Assembly: GCA_026770705.1 (NCBI GenBank)
Contig: JANJGN010000005.1
Location: forward strand, 136,586,001-136,650,000
DNA from: Isurus oxyrinchus
Lineage: Eukaryota
Reading direction: 5' to 3'
DNA length: 64,000 nt
The notes beneath the pieces are model-generated. The model was not told where the DNA came from, made no database searches, and saw only the letters and a program-made list of their open reading frames with translations. Numbering within the stretch: the first letter of the stretch is position 1; each line of letters begins with the position of its first letter. The position numbers were made by a program, and so were the translations under genes. Shown piece by piece: positions 11,373 to 23,482 of this stretch.

Positions 11373-13075
11373 TTTTGGCACGGCAGTTGAACTTTTCACC
11401 AAAAGCTTAGGATTGGGTTTCATAACATCAGTTAGAGGTTGGAAAAGACGACTTTTTTTTAAAAACAAGCTGTCAGCTGTCATAATACAATACAATATTA
11501 TAGGATTTCTTTTGAGATATTTTGTTGTTTATTGCCCTTCCTTTTCCTCGTCTGTTTCCTCCGCGTCTCACAAATGTGCTCATTTTTGGCTGAGGAACAG
11601 GCAAAAAGCAGCCTCCAATACTTCATCCAAATGACCATTATTTTGCGTGAGCCTCAACTGTACATGCAATCCGGCGTGAATAGCATTACAGCCAAATCCT
11701 ATTCTCCCTCAGTGTCCACATCTGTAATTCCAGACAAGGTTGCTGAACAGTTATTGTAGAGTAAAGGAGTGCATGAATATAGTTGGGATAAAGACGGGGG
11801 TGGAGCAGGTGGAGATATAGGCTGGAGGATTAACATCAAAAGCATATGAAGCTGATGTAACTATGATGTAATGACATATAACAAGTAACAAATTTGGAGG
11901 GAGGTGAAGACCAACCTCATCCAGAGCTCCTAAGATGTACACAGAGCTGTAAATAAATGAAGGTTTTAACGAAATACAGTCTTGAGTAACTTAAGGAACG
12001 CAGACAAACCCTGAAGAACCCCATGTAGACGTTGAACACACGATGAAAGAGTCATCAGAATTAAGATTATTGAACCGATTTTACCTCCTCTCAACCTGCC
12101 CCATTACCGAAACATTATGAAGAGGGGAGAAAGCAGATAGAAAGATAAAGAGGGGAGTGAAAACTAATGGGAAGAGGAGGAGGTGGCAGGAGATAAAAAA
12201 AAGGGTAAGGACAAAGAGACAATGAGAAATGGTTGGACTTTGGCCTCTGCAATCGGTAAAGTAAATACAAAAAGCTCCCCCTTACAGCCCCTGTCCACTA
12301 TAGTTGGAAGAATAAAAACAAAACCTTCAGAACCCCCAGCCCCACTCTACAGAATCAGGATTTTGAAAGTTGTCAAGGCTTCTCCAGGTTGTAGCAGTTC
12401 GAATTAAAAACACTTAGAAAGCCTTTTGATCCTGCTCCCCCATGACCACCATCCCATAGATGAATCGGCTGAACTAGCAGCTGTCAGTTAGTAAGGGAAT
12501 GCTGCTGAGAAATAATGGCCTACAAAGCCAAAGAAGGGGCTGATGGTCGTACACAAAGCGGAGAATGGCAAGTGGCTGATAGGATGAGCAGTACGAGCCA
12601 AGAGTGATTTGCAACTGATAAGGGTGCAGCAGAGACTAAGAATGGGCCAACCAGTTGAGGTTCAAAATGGGAAACTGGTCAACAGCCAAGTAAAGACTGC
12701 ACCGTGGACAAGGATAATCCTAACAAAAGGGATAGATCAAGCAGTTGAAGGAAAACAACAATGGAAAAGTGAAAGATGTGGCACTGTTTTGTTGCGTGCA
12801 AGACGGGGCAGTTCGCCACCCACACAGCAGGAATGACACTACTCGGCAGATACACTACTGGTGAGAAAGAGCCCAGAATTAATGGAAGAAAACTTGCGGG
12901 CAGGATGTAAAATATTAACTTATACTGAATTACAACACGTCAAATATTTGTGTTAAAATTTATGGGAAAGCTCTCTTTCCCCCTCCTAATTCCGGTCTCT
13001 GACTCTCCCTAGGCTTAATACATTTTGAATTTTATGGAACACAAAACAAAAGCTATAGCAGACATATAATAAATA

Positions 13076-13213
13076 TTCTCTGAAGAGTCATGTGGACTTG
13101 AAACGTTAACTCTGTTTTTCTCTCCACAGATGCTGTTAGGCCTGCTGAGTTTTTCCAGCTTTTCCTGTTTTTGTTTCAGATTTCCAGCATCTGCAGTATT
13201 TTGCTTTTATATT
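13076..13213 (+). mobile_element. Short PLE terminal-repeat insertion with hammerhead core and 12-bp TSD
   Basis: CTGAAGA gtc atgtg gac tt GAAACGTT aactctg...ctgctgagtttttccagc. Flanked by ATATAATAAATA at 13064-13075 and 13214-13225. Confidence 0.75.
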
Positions 13214-16200
13214 ATATAATAAATAGTGTCACTTATCTCCATCCTATCACACACATTTATTACCATTTAAAATGAAATCATATTTCACCTCAGTAAAAAT
13301 TCAAAATATGAACTCTTTTTCAAAATTATATTAAGAAAAACTAATGGGAAGAAAGAACCAGAAGCTTAAGAAGAATATTAGCAATTTAGGATGTTTTATG
13401 ATATTAAAAGCTCTATATAAATACAAGTTGTTGTTGATACAGCTGGATGGAAATTACTACGCTCAGAGTGCACAAATCTAGCTTAAAGCATTTCAGTTCT
13501 GGGCAAAAATATCAAGTTAAGTCCAAGCTTTTGGGAAAAGTCACATTTCCTTCAATCATATGAAGGTATTAAAAGCTACAAATGACAATTCAATGGATAA
13601 CTTAATTTACCTTGTTCTGAAATATGTAACTTAAACCTTCATTTTGGTCACTAGGAATTTCGGTCACTAAGAAAAACAAGGTAGTTGATTTTTTTTTAAT
13701 TTGACTCATTACTGGAAACTGTGTCCAGATGCAGCAGGAACAGTGAGAAGTCTGCATAAGCAAAGCCCATGATAAAAAAGGAATCAAGAATTTACAACAG
13801 AAAAAAGTTGACATAAAAAAGTGTGACAAAGGCATGGACAGAAGAAAGTGCACGCAGATTTTTAATGTATAGTCTAGGCATATATATGTTGACACAAATT
13901 TTGACACACACACACACAATAGACAAATGATGCCAATTGAATGCGATTCAAGTATATACTGTTTTTTTTTAAACCAATGAAGGTTTCACACACAAAAAGA
14001 ACAACTCTTGCACATATTTTATTATCTGTATCAGCCGATTGAGAAGACAAATATTGTATGTAATCCATTTCACCCAGAACAATGGGCTTACATAATCCGC
14101 TAATGAGGCTATGAAAAATATATATACAATCCCATTATGCAGTTAAAAAAAAGGCAGCTTCAAATACAGAATTATGGTCAGTAGTCATTAAGGAACATTT
14201 TGCAAATGCCTGTTAAATCAGTACTCTGTTTTGTAAACTGCCATTCCATGTTATACTCTATTGTGCTCAGGTTTAGGGCACACCTAACATATAGGGTTTG
14301 AACCGCTGATATTAGTAGCAATTGTACAGCATTCCATAAGTGCATCCTTTTTCAACAGAAGCACCACCCTTTATGAAAAACAGGAGGGGTGCTGAAAGTG
14401 GCCGTCAAGCATTGAGAAACTGTTGTTTTCATTGGCCAATTCTTATTGGGCACAGCAGTTGGACAAAACAGCTCCTTTCATGAATGATGCTTATATAGAT
14501 GGTGGTGGTTTCTGCATTTAATTCCCAGACCCACCCCTCACATGAGGAACTGAAGGATTGTGCTCATAACACACAACACTTTGTGTCTTTCGCAACTCAG
14601 GCTATGGTTTCAATTTTTTAAATTCTAACCATCCTATAAACATGATTCCATTAGTGACAGCAAAGAGAAGCCAAAGTCCTAAAGAAACAGCAGACAAGAA
14701 ATAGGTTGAGCAACACTTGCATATAGCACTGCAAAGTTACCGAAACCTTTTTTGCAAATGAACTTGACCATTGACAAGTTACTTGATTATTTATTTAAGC
14801 AGGATTCACAATGCAATGCATTGCAAAAGAAACTTAGTTCATCAATTATGACAATTGTGGTTCTGAACACATATCAGATCTTTGAACCAGACTGGATCAT
14901 ATCCAAACATGACTATCAAGAAGCTTTTTAAGGAATAAAATTTAAAAACCCTTTGAGCAACATGGGCAAGATGATAAATGGTTCTGAAAAAGCTATTGCA
15001 CGACAAATTACTTTGAAAGAAGTGAACTTTTCAGTTCAGGAAAGTTAATTAGAATCAACAATAAATACAACTTCGTAAAAGTAAGCTTAGTGTTACAAGT
15101 TTAGCTGTCAGCCTTTCTGTGCTTCAGAGCCTCTGAAGGTCTAGGCACTCACTGCAGGACTTACCAAACCAGTAGCAACTGCATTGAATTATTACCAACA
15201 AGAGGAGTTGCTGGGTCAGAGTAAACCTCACAGCACCAAACTGTAATTGACAATGAAACATAATATACCTTCTATGTTCATAACCATCAGCTGTAGTTCT
15301 GCTGGAAAAAAATAATGGTAAAAGCAGGGGGGGTGTGGAGAAAGGACAGAAAGGAACTGTATGGAACCTGAGCCAATAATCCATCTGTAATTTGTCATAG
15401 AACAGAGTAACACTAAAGCAAAAAAAAAGATTTGGCAGCGATTCAATTCTTGCATACCCTGCCAAATCTTACTTCAAATACTTTTTATACACATTTAGGG
15501 CAATGCTCCGCAGATACATCAGTCAGCTTGACAAAGAATGTGCTGTCACGGCAATTGAAAAAGTGTACGTTTTCTTCACAATGACAGATTTAACTATTTG
15601 CCTAATGTACAGGATTCAGGAACATGATGAAGGTAATCCATAAAAAAGTGACAGTACATTTAAACAACAGTATAGCTCACTAACTAAGGAAAAAGAAGGA
15701 ACCTTCTTCCAGGCAGCAGAGATTTCACTCACACAAGGTGAGGGAGAGCACTTCAATAGTTTGATCAGATCGTGCATCAAGTACAACCAGATTAAAGCAC
15801 CAAGCAACTTGCACATTTTTCTTCGCAATGAAATGAAGCATATAATTCATGTACTGCTGCACCCTGTGTCGCATAATCAATACCAGATACTGTGCATGGA
15901 ATAGGTACCAAAGTAGCAAAAATGATTTAAACCATCCACTTGACACATCTGGCCCAGCTGTTGGATAATATAAAGCCTATTTTTTATTTTTAAACCCTTT
16001 ATAGTTTCAATTATTGATTTTCTAACAATGCACATCGTTTGAAATTCACTCCCATTCATCTGCAGGCTTTTTAAATGCAGCTTGCATTGTTACATCTCAT
16101 GAAAAGAGCATGTGTCTGCAATGTGCGTATTTCATTTATGCTAATAAAATGCCTCATACCCTTCCTCGGAGCCATATATTTTTTAAAAAGCACAAAATAG

Positions 16201-16479
16201 CAAGGGACTTGTTATAGAGAGTTATTTTATTTGGTGTCTTCATTAATGAAGGAGCCACAGACAAATCACATTATGCTGCTGCACATCATACAATATTACT
16301 GTGAGGGACTACTATAGCAGTGGAGATTTCAATGTGTTAGTTTTTAAAACTTTCTCTGAAATGAATTTCCAGTGCTCTGTTTGCACTTATGGATTCGTTA
16401 AACAGCATTGCTGCTTTAATAATTTACAGGTCTGTACCCCAAATACCTCATTTAAACTCTTATTTTGCAAACAATAGGT

Positions 16480-16715
16480 GGCCTTCTTAGTTGTCCTACC
16501 AAAGTGTACCACTTTTCATGTAAAGACACTGAAACTGATCTACCAATACACGCCCATTTTGCAAGTTTGTTAACATCTTCTTGGGTTTTGTAGCAGCCTC
16601 CCTCAGTATATATCCCCCAATTTCGTGTCATCTACAGATACTAATTTTAGGCTTTCGGTTCCAGAGTCCAAATCATTTATGTAAATGGTGAACAACAATG
16701 GTCCCAGCATCAACT
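16480..16715 (-). mobile_element. Old CR1-type RT fragment
   Basis: ttcgtgtcatctacaga (reverse strand resembles F/SADDTK) and gtccaaatcatttatgtaaat (YINDLD). Confidence 0.6.
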
Positions 16716-16738
16716 GCTACCATTAAGCCTTAAATTAC

Positions 16739-17887
16739 GAGCCGGATTTTCTCAGAGTCGGGAAGACTCCGAGGACCCGAATGCTGAAGTCTTGACCCCA
16801 TTTCTGATAGACCCCATTTTTACCATTAGGGGAAAGGCGCGGGGCATGATTCACACAGGAGGGAAATTTGAACTCAGCAGGTCTGTTAGAACTCAGTGTT
16901 AAATGTAAACAGGCCTTACTGGGCTGTTGCAAAGACCTAAAACTGCAGTGTGGGAGTCATGAATAGAAGGAACAGCCATAAATACACTTGAGGGCTGGAT
17001 AGGTTGTATAACTGGCATGGTCTGAAGTTTTTTAAATACCCTGCTTTTAAACTTTATAAAAAAAACAGGCTGCTACGGTTGTCAGAGTTTAAAAAAAGCC
17101 TCTGTTGGACTGCTTTGATCGACAGGCATAGGTTACAAAAAAACATTAGCATCTGGCCATGCAGTTTCAATAAAGCTCTTTGTGGACATTTCCCCAAAAG
17201 CTATTATTATGCAATTATGGCCGAGTTTCAAAAGCTACAATTATCTCAGCAGGGGATTCTGAGTTTACAGTTTAATCAACTGTTTAAAGAGTAGATTAAA
17301 GGATTAGCTGTCTTTGATGTGGGGTCTAAATAGAAGTTTGTTTGTTTTTATAAGAGATTAACCACTTAAGGAAATTTAAAAGCTTTCGATGGGCTTTATG
17401 AATGGGAGCTTTTTTCACTATCGAGTGAGAGCTGTGTTAGATTAGTAGGTTTATATTTTTTTCTCATCTGCATATGGCTGCTAAGGTCTGCCCATGGTAG
17501 ATACTGGGTGAGCAGCTATGGGATAGGCATGATGGGTATGACAGGCCATGGGGATCAGTGGTGGCATGAGTTGGCATCAGGTTGACATGGAGGGCCATGA
17601 GGGGTGTGAAGGTAAGGGCTAGAGGGCCAAACAACTTCTAAAACAGCTGGGACAAAGCCCCAGAGAACAAAGGCAGGCCTTCCAATCAGCCTGCCTCAGC
17701 ACCCCCCATTCCCATGGCGCCTGAGCTCTTTTTCCAGCTGAGCAGGCCCAACACAATCCAGCATCCATACCCTTATTCCCCCCCACCCCTACCCCGACAG
17801 TCTCTGGAGTGTTTGGGGGTACTTTTTACCGAGGTGGGTCTGGCAGGTCAAGAAATCTCAGTACCTTCGGTAATCAAAATCCAGCCC
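16739..17887. mobile_element. Non-autonomous Harbinger-type DNA element
   Basis: TIRs GAGCCGGATTTT / AAAATCCAGCCC (10/12); 3-bp flanks TAC/TAT. Confidence 0.65.
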
Positions 17888-17989
17888 TATGTTTTCTGTT
17901 TTGTGGCCTGTTTGCTATCCATTCCAATACTGTCCCCCAGCTACAAACTCTGACTGTAGCCACAAGATTTCTCAGTTAATCGTTCAGCA

Positions 17990-18915
17990 TTTATAAAGCC
18001 CCTCATTACATCCAAAGGGCATCTCAAAAGATCTTCGCATACGATGAATTAAAGTAATTGCTGTTGCTCGGCAGGCAAATGTAAAACAATCAATTTGTAA
18101 GCAGGCGGGTCTCACAAACCACAAATCATTTTTGGTGGTACTGCCCAGGACATCGAGAGTTCCCTGCTTTTTTTCAACGAGTGCCATAAGATGTAATCAC
18201 ATGAACAGGCTGACTGGTCTTTTCAAAGCAACAACAACAACAATGATGACATGCATTTATATAGCGCTTTTAACAAAGGGAAATGTCCCATAGCAGACAA
18301 TTCGGTGAAAACTGACACCAAGTGAAAGGAGAAAACATTAGGACAGATGACAAAACCTGGTCAAAGGGGTGAGTTTTAAAGATGGTCTCAGGAGAAGAGA
18401 TTGGTGGAGAATTTAAGGAGAAAATTCAAGAGCTCAGAACCGGAATGCTGAAGGCACAGCTGCCAATGTTAGAGCAAAGGGATTGGCTGCATCATTGCCA
18501 ATGCACCAAGAGATACGGTAGTGTTGTGGTTATGTGGCTGAACTAATAGACTTGGACCAATAGCCCAGAGAACAGAGTTCAAATCCCACCACAGTAGTTT
18601 GAGATTTGAATTCAATTTCCATTTTTTTTAAATCCGGTAATAAAATTTTGGCATCAGTAAAAGTGGCCATGAAGCAATAGGACTGTTGCTACAACCCAAC
18701 TGTTTCACTAGTGCCGTTTAGGGAAGGATACCTGCCATCCTACAGGTGATCCTGGCCCCAGACAAATGAGGCAGAATCTCCTGTCTTCTGAGGTGGCCTA
18801 GCAAACTACTCAATTGTGTCAAACCACAACCAGCACATCAAGAAGGTTAACTACCAGTGTATCAGGGTAACCAGCAATGGGCAATGAATGCCAACCTCAC
18901 CAGCAGCATCGACAT
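17990..18915. mobile_element. Nest: DeuSINE fragment (-), L2 tail (-), tRNA-derived SINE (+)
   Basis: Similarity to in-window copies at 43220-43650, 425-700 and 43975-44450 respectively. Confidence 0.6.
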
Positions 18916-20924
18916 CAGCATGAGCTTAGATGGCATGTTCAAGTGCTGCAGCAGAACTTAAACGCAAGAGCTGTAGAAAGAATTATATCAACTGAGCCAA
19001 AATGACATACTGCATGAGCATCATTCCAATTCACAAGTACAGTAAGTGATCAAAAACTGAATGTCACCCACTCCCTTCACATCCAAATGAATACCGTATA
19101 CATTACAAAAATACCAGGAAAAGATTTTGAGAATATGATCCAATCTCACTCTTTTACAATAGGATGCATTTAAACTGCACAAATCAGATTATTGCCTTGT
19201 AATCACTCCCAGCTATCTATAATTCTACAGTTGATGGATGGTTTGATAAGACTCTGAACAAGTAAAAAAAAAACAAGTAAAAATTGGACATCTTTGTGAT
19301 TTACAACTGGGCAATGAGTCAGGTTTCTGTAAAATTCTGAAGTATATTCCCAATACAAAAAAATTACAAAGATTACATTTTGGATCTTTTGCAGAATTCT
19401 TACTTCAGGTTGGTTTAAAAAAGCACCAGATGGACAGCAATCAGCCCAAAAACTACTTTCCAAATGGGGATTTTTTTTTCACTATTGTGCGGGTCTGCCC
19501 CACAGCCTTAAAGCAGGCAAGCCTGCCAGACCCACATTAAAACACATTTTTTTTAAAAATCTAGTACACAGGGTGAAAAGGTCTTTTGCATGGAGAAAAA
19601 AAATAAGACATTTACCACACACAATTTTTGAAAAATGATACCAACTCACAAAGTCGAACCTTTATTGTTTTTTCCTTTGTTACTGACTTCAGTCAATTCC
19701 AAAGTTGACACTACAGGGAAAAATATTTTTTGAAAGACCACAACAGAGTGATACAAGTGGATTAATTGTCAGACCGCACTCACCGTCACACAAAGTGTTT
19801 TGCGACCATTTTAAATTCCACCCAAACAATGGCCACAGAAACTGTGTTCTCATTGTTCATGAGTTAGACAGAGGATATCATGTGTCTTTCCATGTCATAC
19901 AGCTTTTATCGCCACAGGCGAGGCTGAGCATACAAACTCAAGAGAAACTAAGTCCGGGGTGAGTTACAGACAGGTTCACCAGTGCAAACAAAACCCTGCA
20001 TTATACAGGGAGCATTCAGTATTATATTTGTAACACTTGTAAACCGTGAGGGGATATTGTTGAATTACTGTGAAATCACTAATAAAGAAATAAGGATTTT
20101 TATATATATCTCAAGAACAGACTGTAGGAAGAATGCACTGTACTTTCCTTTGCAAATGTCACAATTCACAAATGCCATCATGCCAGGTACATAAATTAAC
20201 TATTCTCTAGCCAGTGACTTTTAAATTTAATATATTAAAATCACAATCTTTTGATCCAAATTAAGTAGAGTCATAATTAACCTGTTAGCAAACCCTGCAG
20301 TGTAGTGGTGTTTATTCAGCATTGGCAGAGAAGCTAAATTATTGCTACATCTACTCTACACTGAACAATGACCCAAGAAAACATTTTATACATCTCAATA
20401 ACGTTTTTTTTTTCTCTTTTTAAACTTACAATGGTTAAAATGAAAGAATGCTGTCACTGATTACTGTTGTAAAAGTGATGAGAAGAGAAGACACAATCAC
20501 ATTAAAAAGAAAGCAGAGTTCATACTGCTGCTAAACAAAGGAGGAATACAGTATTGATGTTGCTGAAAATTAATATCCTACAATGTTCTGTAAGGGGCGA
20601 GATAATGAAACACTTTCTCAAGGGGTTTTAGTACTTAACAGGTTACAATACATGCTGGGAACCATGACACAGCAAACAGACATATGTGGCTGGGTCAGGT
20701 TGCCTACCTTTTCAAAAATAAATCAATCTCAAAATCCAAATTGTATGACCAGATCTTAACATTAATATCAAAGTGATGTTCACCCCAGAGATAACTTGTA
20801 TAATGTGCACCCTCAATGTAATTCTCTCACAGTGCATATGTTACTTGGTTGCTTCCCAAAAAGTACATCGTATCGAGAGTCTGCTGTATTTCGGCATAAG
20901 TTCAAAAGTCTCGTTGCAATGTAC

Positions 20925-21240
20925 AGTCTTTCAGAATCATACAGTCCCAGAAAGTGGCTATTCAGCCCTTTGTGCCTGTACGAGCTCTCTGAAAGCTACT
21001 GATTAGTCCTACTCCCCTGCTAGTTCCCCATAGCCCTCCATATTTTTCCTTTCAAAGTACATCTCTAATCCCATTTTGAAAGTTACTATTGACTCTGCTT
21101 CCACCACTCTTTTAGGCAACGTGTTCCTGACTGTAGCAACTCATTGATTTAAAAAAAATCTCACTGTCATTTTTGCCTATTAACTTAAATCTGTATCCTC
21201 TGGCTAGTGTCAGTGAAAGCAGTCTCCCCATCTACTCACA
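20925..21240 (-). mobile_element. CR1-type LINE 3' fragment
   Basis: agaatcatacagtcccagaaagtggctattcagccc...gactctgcttccaccactct. Confidence 0.65.
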
Positions 21241-23324
21241 CAAAATCTTTTATTTTTTGAAAAAGAATTAAGTGGCGCCATCATTTTAACTCAATTGAAG
21301 TTAGAAATTGTAAACAGTAACATCCTTTTAGAGCAGTCAGTCAAGAGAGATTGTTCTGCAGCTTCTGCCATCCCAATGCCACATTTCAACATCCGCACAT
21401 TTGTCAACCATCACAAAAATGTCCAAATAAACTTCCAAGTAATAGATAAATAAGCACGAAGGTACTCAGTTTCAAATACGTCAGTTCATATTAAACAAAA
21501 TCTACCTCTTCATACTTGCCGCTCAAACTAATTAATGCATTTTAGATCAGGAATATTTTATTTGTTCCAACCATTCCAGATGCATTATTCTCCACCAGTC
21601 TTCCAGTTCTGTATTTCTAAGTTGTTTTGAACTGAAATGTAGGACTTCTGGGGTTTTAATTGTTAGTTTTATTTTCATCTATTAGTTATGTTCATATGGC
21701 AATTTTTTTTTGGAGGGTACAGCTCCTTCAAATCAGTTTTACCTTTTACTAACAACACAAAACATAAAATAAGCATCAGGCAAACCAAACTAGAAAGTTT
21801 AGAGTGTTAAAAAGGAATGATCTTCTGCTTCTGTATTAACACATCTTATTAAATTAGTTTAAACAACATGAATTGAAATTGAATTAACTGACTTCATGTC
21901 AGTAAGTCTACTAAGACCACTGGTTGACTTTCCAATGTAAAAAAAACACAAATCAGTAACCCTTAGAGGCCTGTGAAAGTATTATGAATTAACTGAAGCT
22001 CTGTCAGTATAATGATGCACAGAGAAGCTGTTTTACTACTCCACCAATACTGTAGTTAATGCTCATCATCTTTTACATTAACAAGGGGCTTTACCTGTAA
22101 TACAAATTGCAATGTAAAATGCACAACATTCGGGTCGTGTATTTCAGAGAAGAAATGTATTTGTTATTAGCTTTTATCATTCCAGGTGTATTATTCTGTA
22201 CAGGTGCTCCAGTTCATCCATTACATTTTTTCTCCATGATCCTGCATTTCTAAGTCACCTTTAATAGAAAAACACAACCTTTTACATCTTTATTGCTAAC
22301 TTTATATCCACCTAGCAGTTCTGTCCATTTGGCTCAGTGGAATCACCAGCAGAATTTCTCTTCCTTTTTTCAAATTTGAGATCTGTTCAACAAACTGCAA
22401 GCTGTGCACTTGGACAATTCAGTACATCACTTGAATGAACTAGACCTGGGTCTTGGAAAACACAAACAGTGTTACAATTGCATTCTGTGAAAATTTGGAA
22501 GGATTGAGCACTGAATGGATTACTGTGCTTGGCAATCCCCAATAACTGATAAACCTGCGCCCTCAATCCCACCTTTTGTGAACAAACCAGCCTGAATGAG
22601 ATTGAAAATCAGAAAACCTCATCTCTCGCTCACTCATTTTTGTGTACAGGGCTATTGTTGTGGTCAAGTTCAATTTGGCTGCAGGTGTTACTTCCAGAGT
22701 TTTATGAAAAACAAACAAAACTTATCATTTGATTATTGCTTCATTTTTAGTCAGACTCTTGTTCAATGGAAAAAATAAATCTAGATCAGTTTCATAAAAT
22801 GTGGAATCTATTTTAAAAAACCACTTAATATTGCTTCAAGTCACTGCTAACCAAATAAATATTGTAAATGTAGACTATTTTTTGGCAATTCTACTTAATA
22901 GCTTTTAACTTAGTTATGGTGCAGCTCTATTGTATTTATAGTTTAAGCACAAAGTTTAACTTCTAGCTTTGAAAAATTACTTTCAGAAAAATGTGTCAGA
23001 AAAGCTGGTCTCATTTTAAAAGTGGAATAAGAAATACAAGAGCATATGGTAATTTTCAAAAGCTCATTCAAGTATAAAATCCATTAACCCTTTCAAAGAT
23101 GCAGACTATAGCCTAGAATTTACTAGGACCGTTGGTTTTGTATGAATGTTTAATACGTCTGCATCAAATTTTCTTTTAATAAAGCCACCAGTCTGCTTTT
23201 TTTGAAATGAGTTTATATCTCTGTTAAGAAAGCAGAGAAAGCATTTTGAAGCAAGTGTGTTAAACATTTGGACCATGACAACACTCTCAGTAATATCAGG
23301 CTTGCGCTATCAGGCTAGATCAGT

Positions 23325-23482
23325 TGAAAATTTTCAAACTAAGATCGATAGTTTTTTGTTACGCAATGATATTAAGGTTAAGAAACCAAGGCAGGTAGAT
23401 GCAGTCAACATATAGATCAATCATGATCTAACTGAATGGTGAAAGAAGCTCAAGGGGCTGAATGGCATACTCCTGCTCCTAA
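23325..23482 (+). mobile_element. CR1-type LINE 3' tail
   Basis: gatcaatcatgatctaactgaatggtg...ggggctgaatggcatactcctgctcct. Confidence 0.65.

Noticed and set aside
14355-14515. Weak inverted repeat cagaagcaccacc / ggtggtggtttctg
   Set aside because: Short and imperfect, with no TSD; cannot be distinguished from chance.
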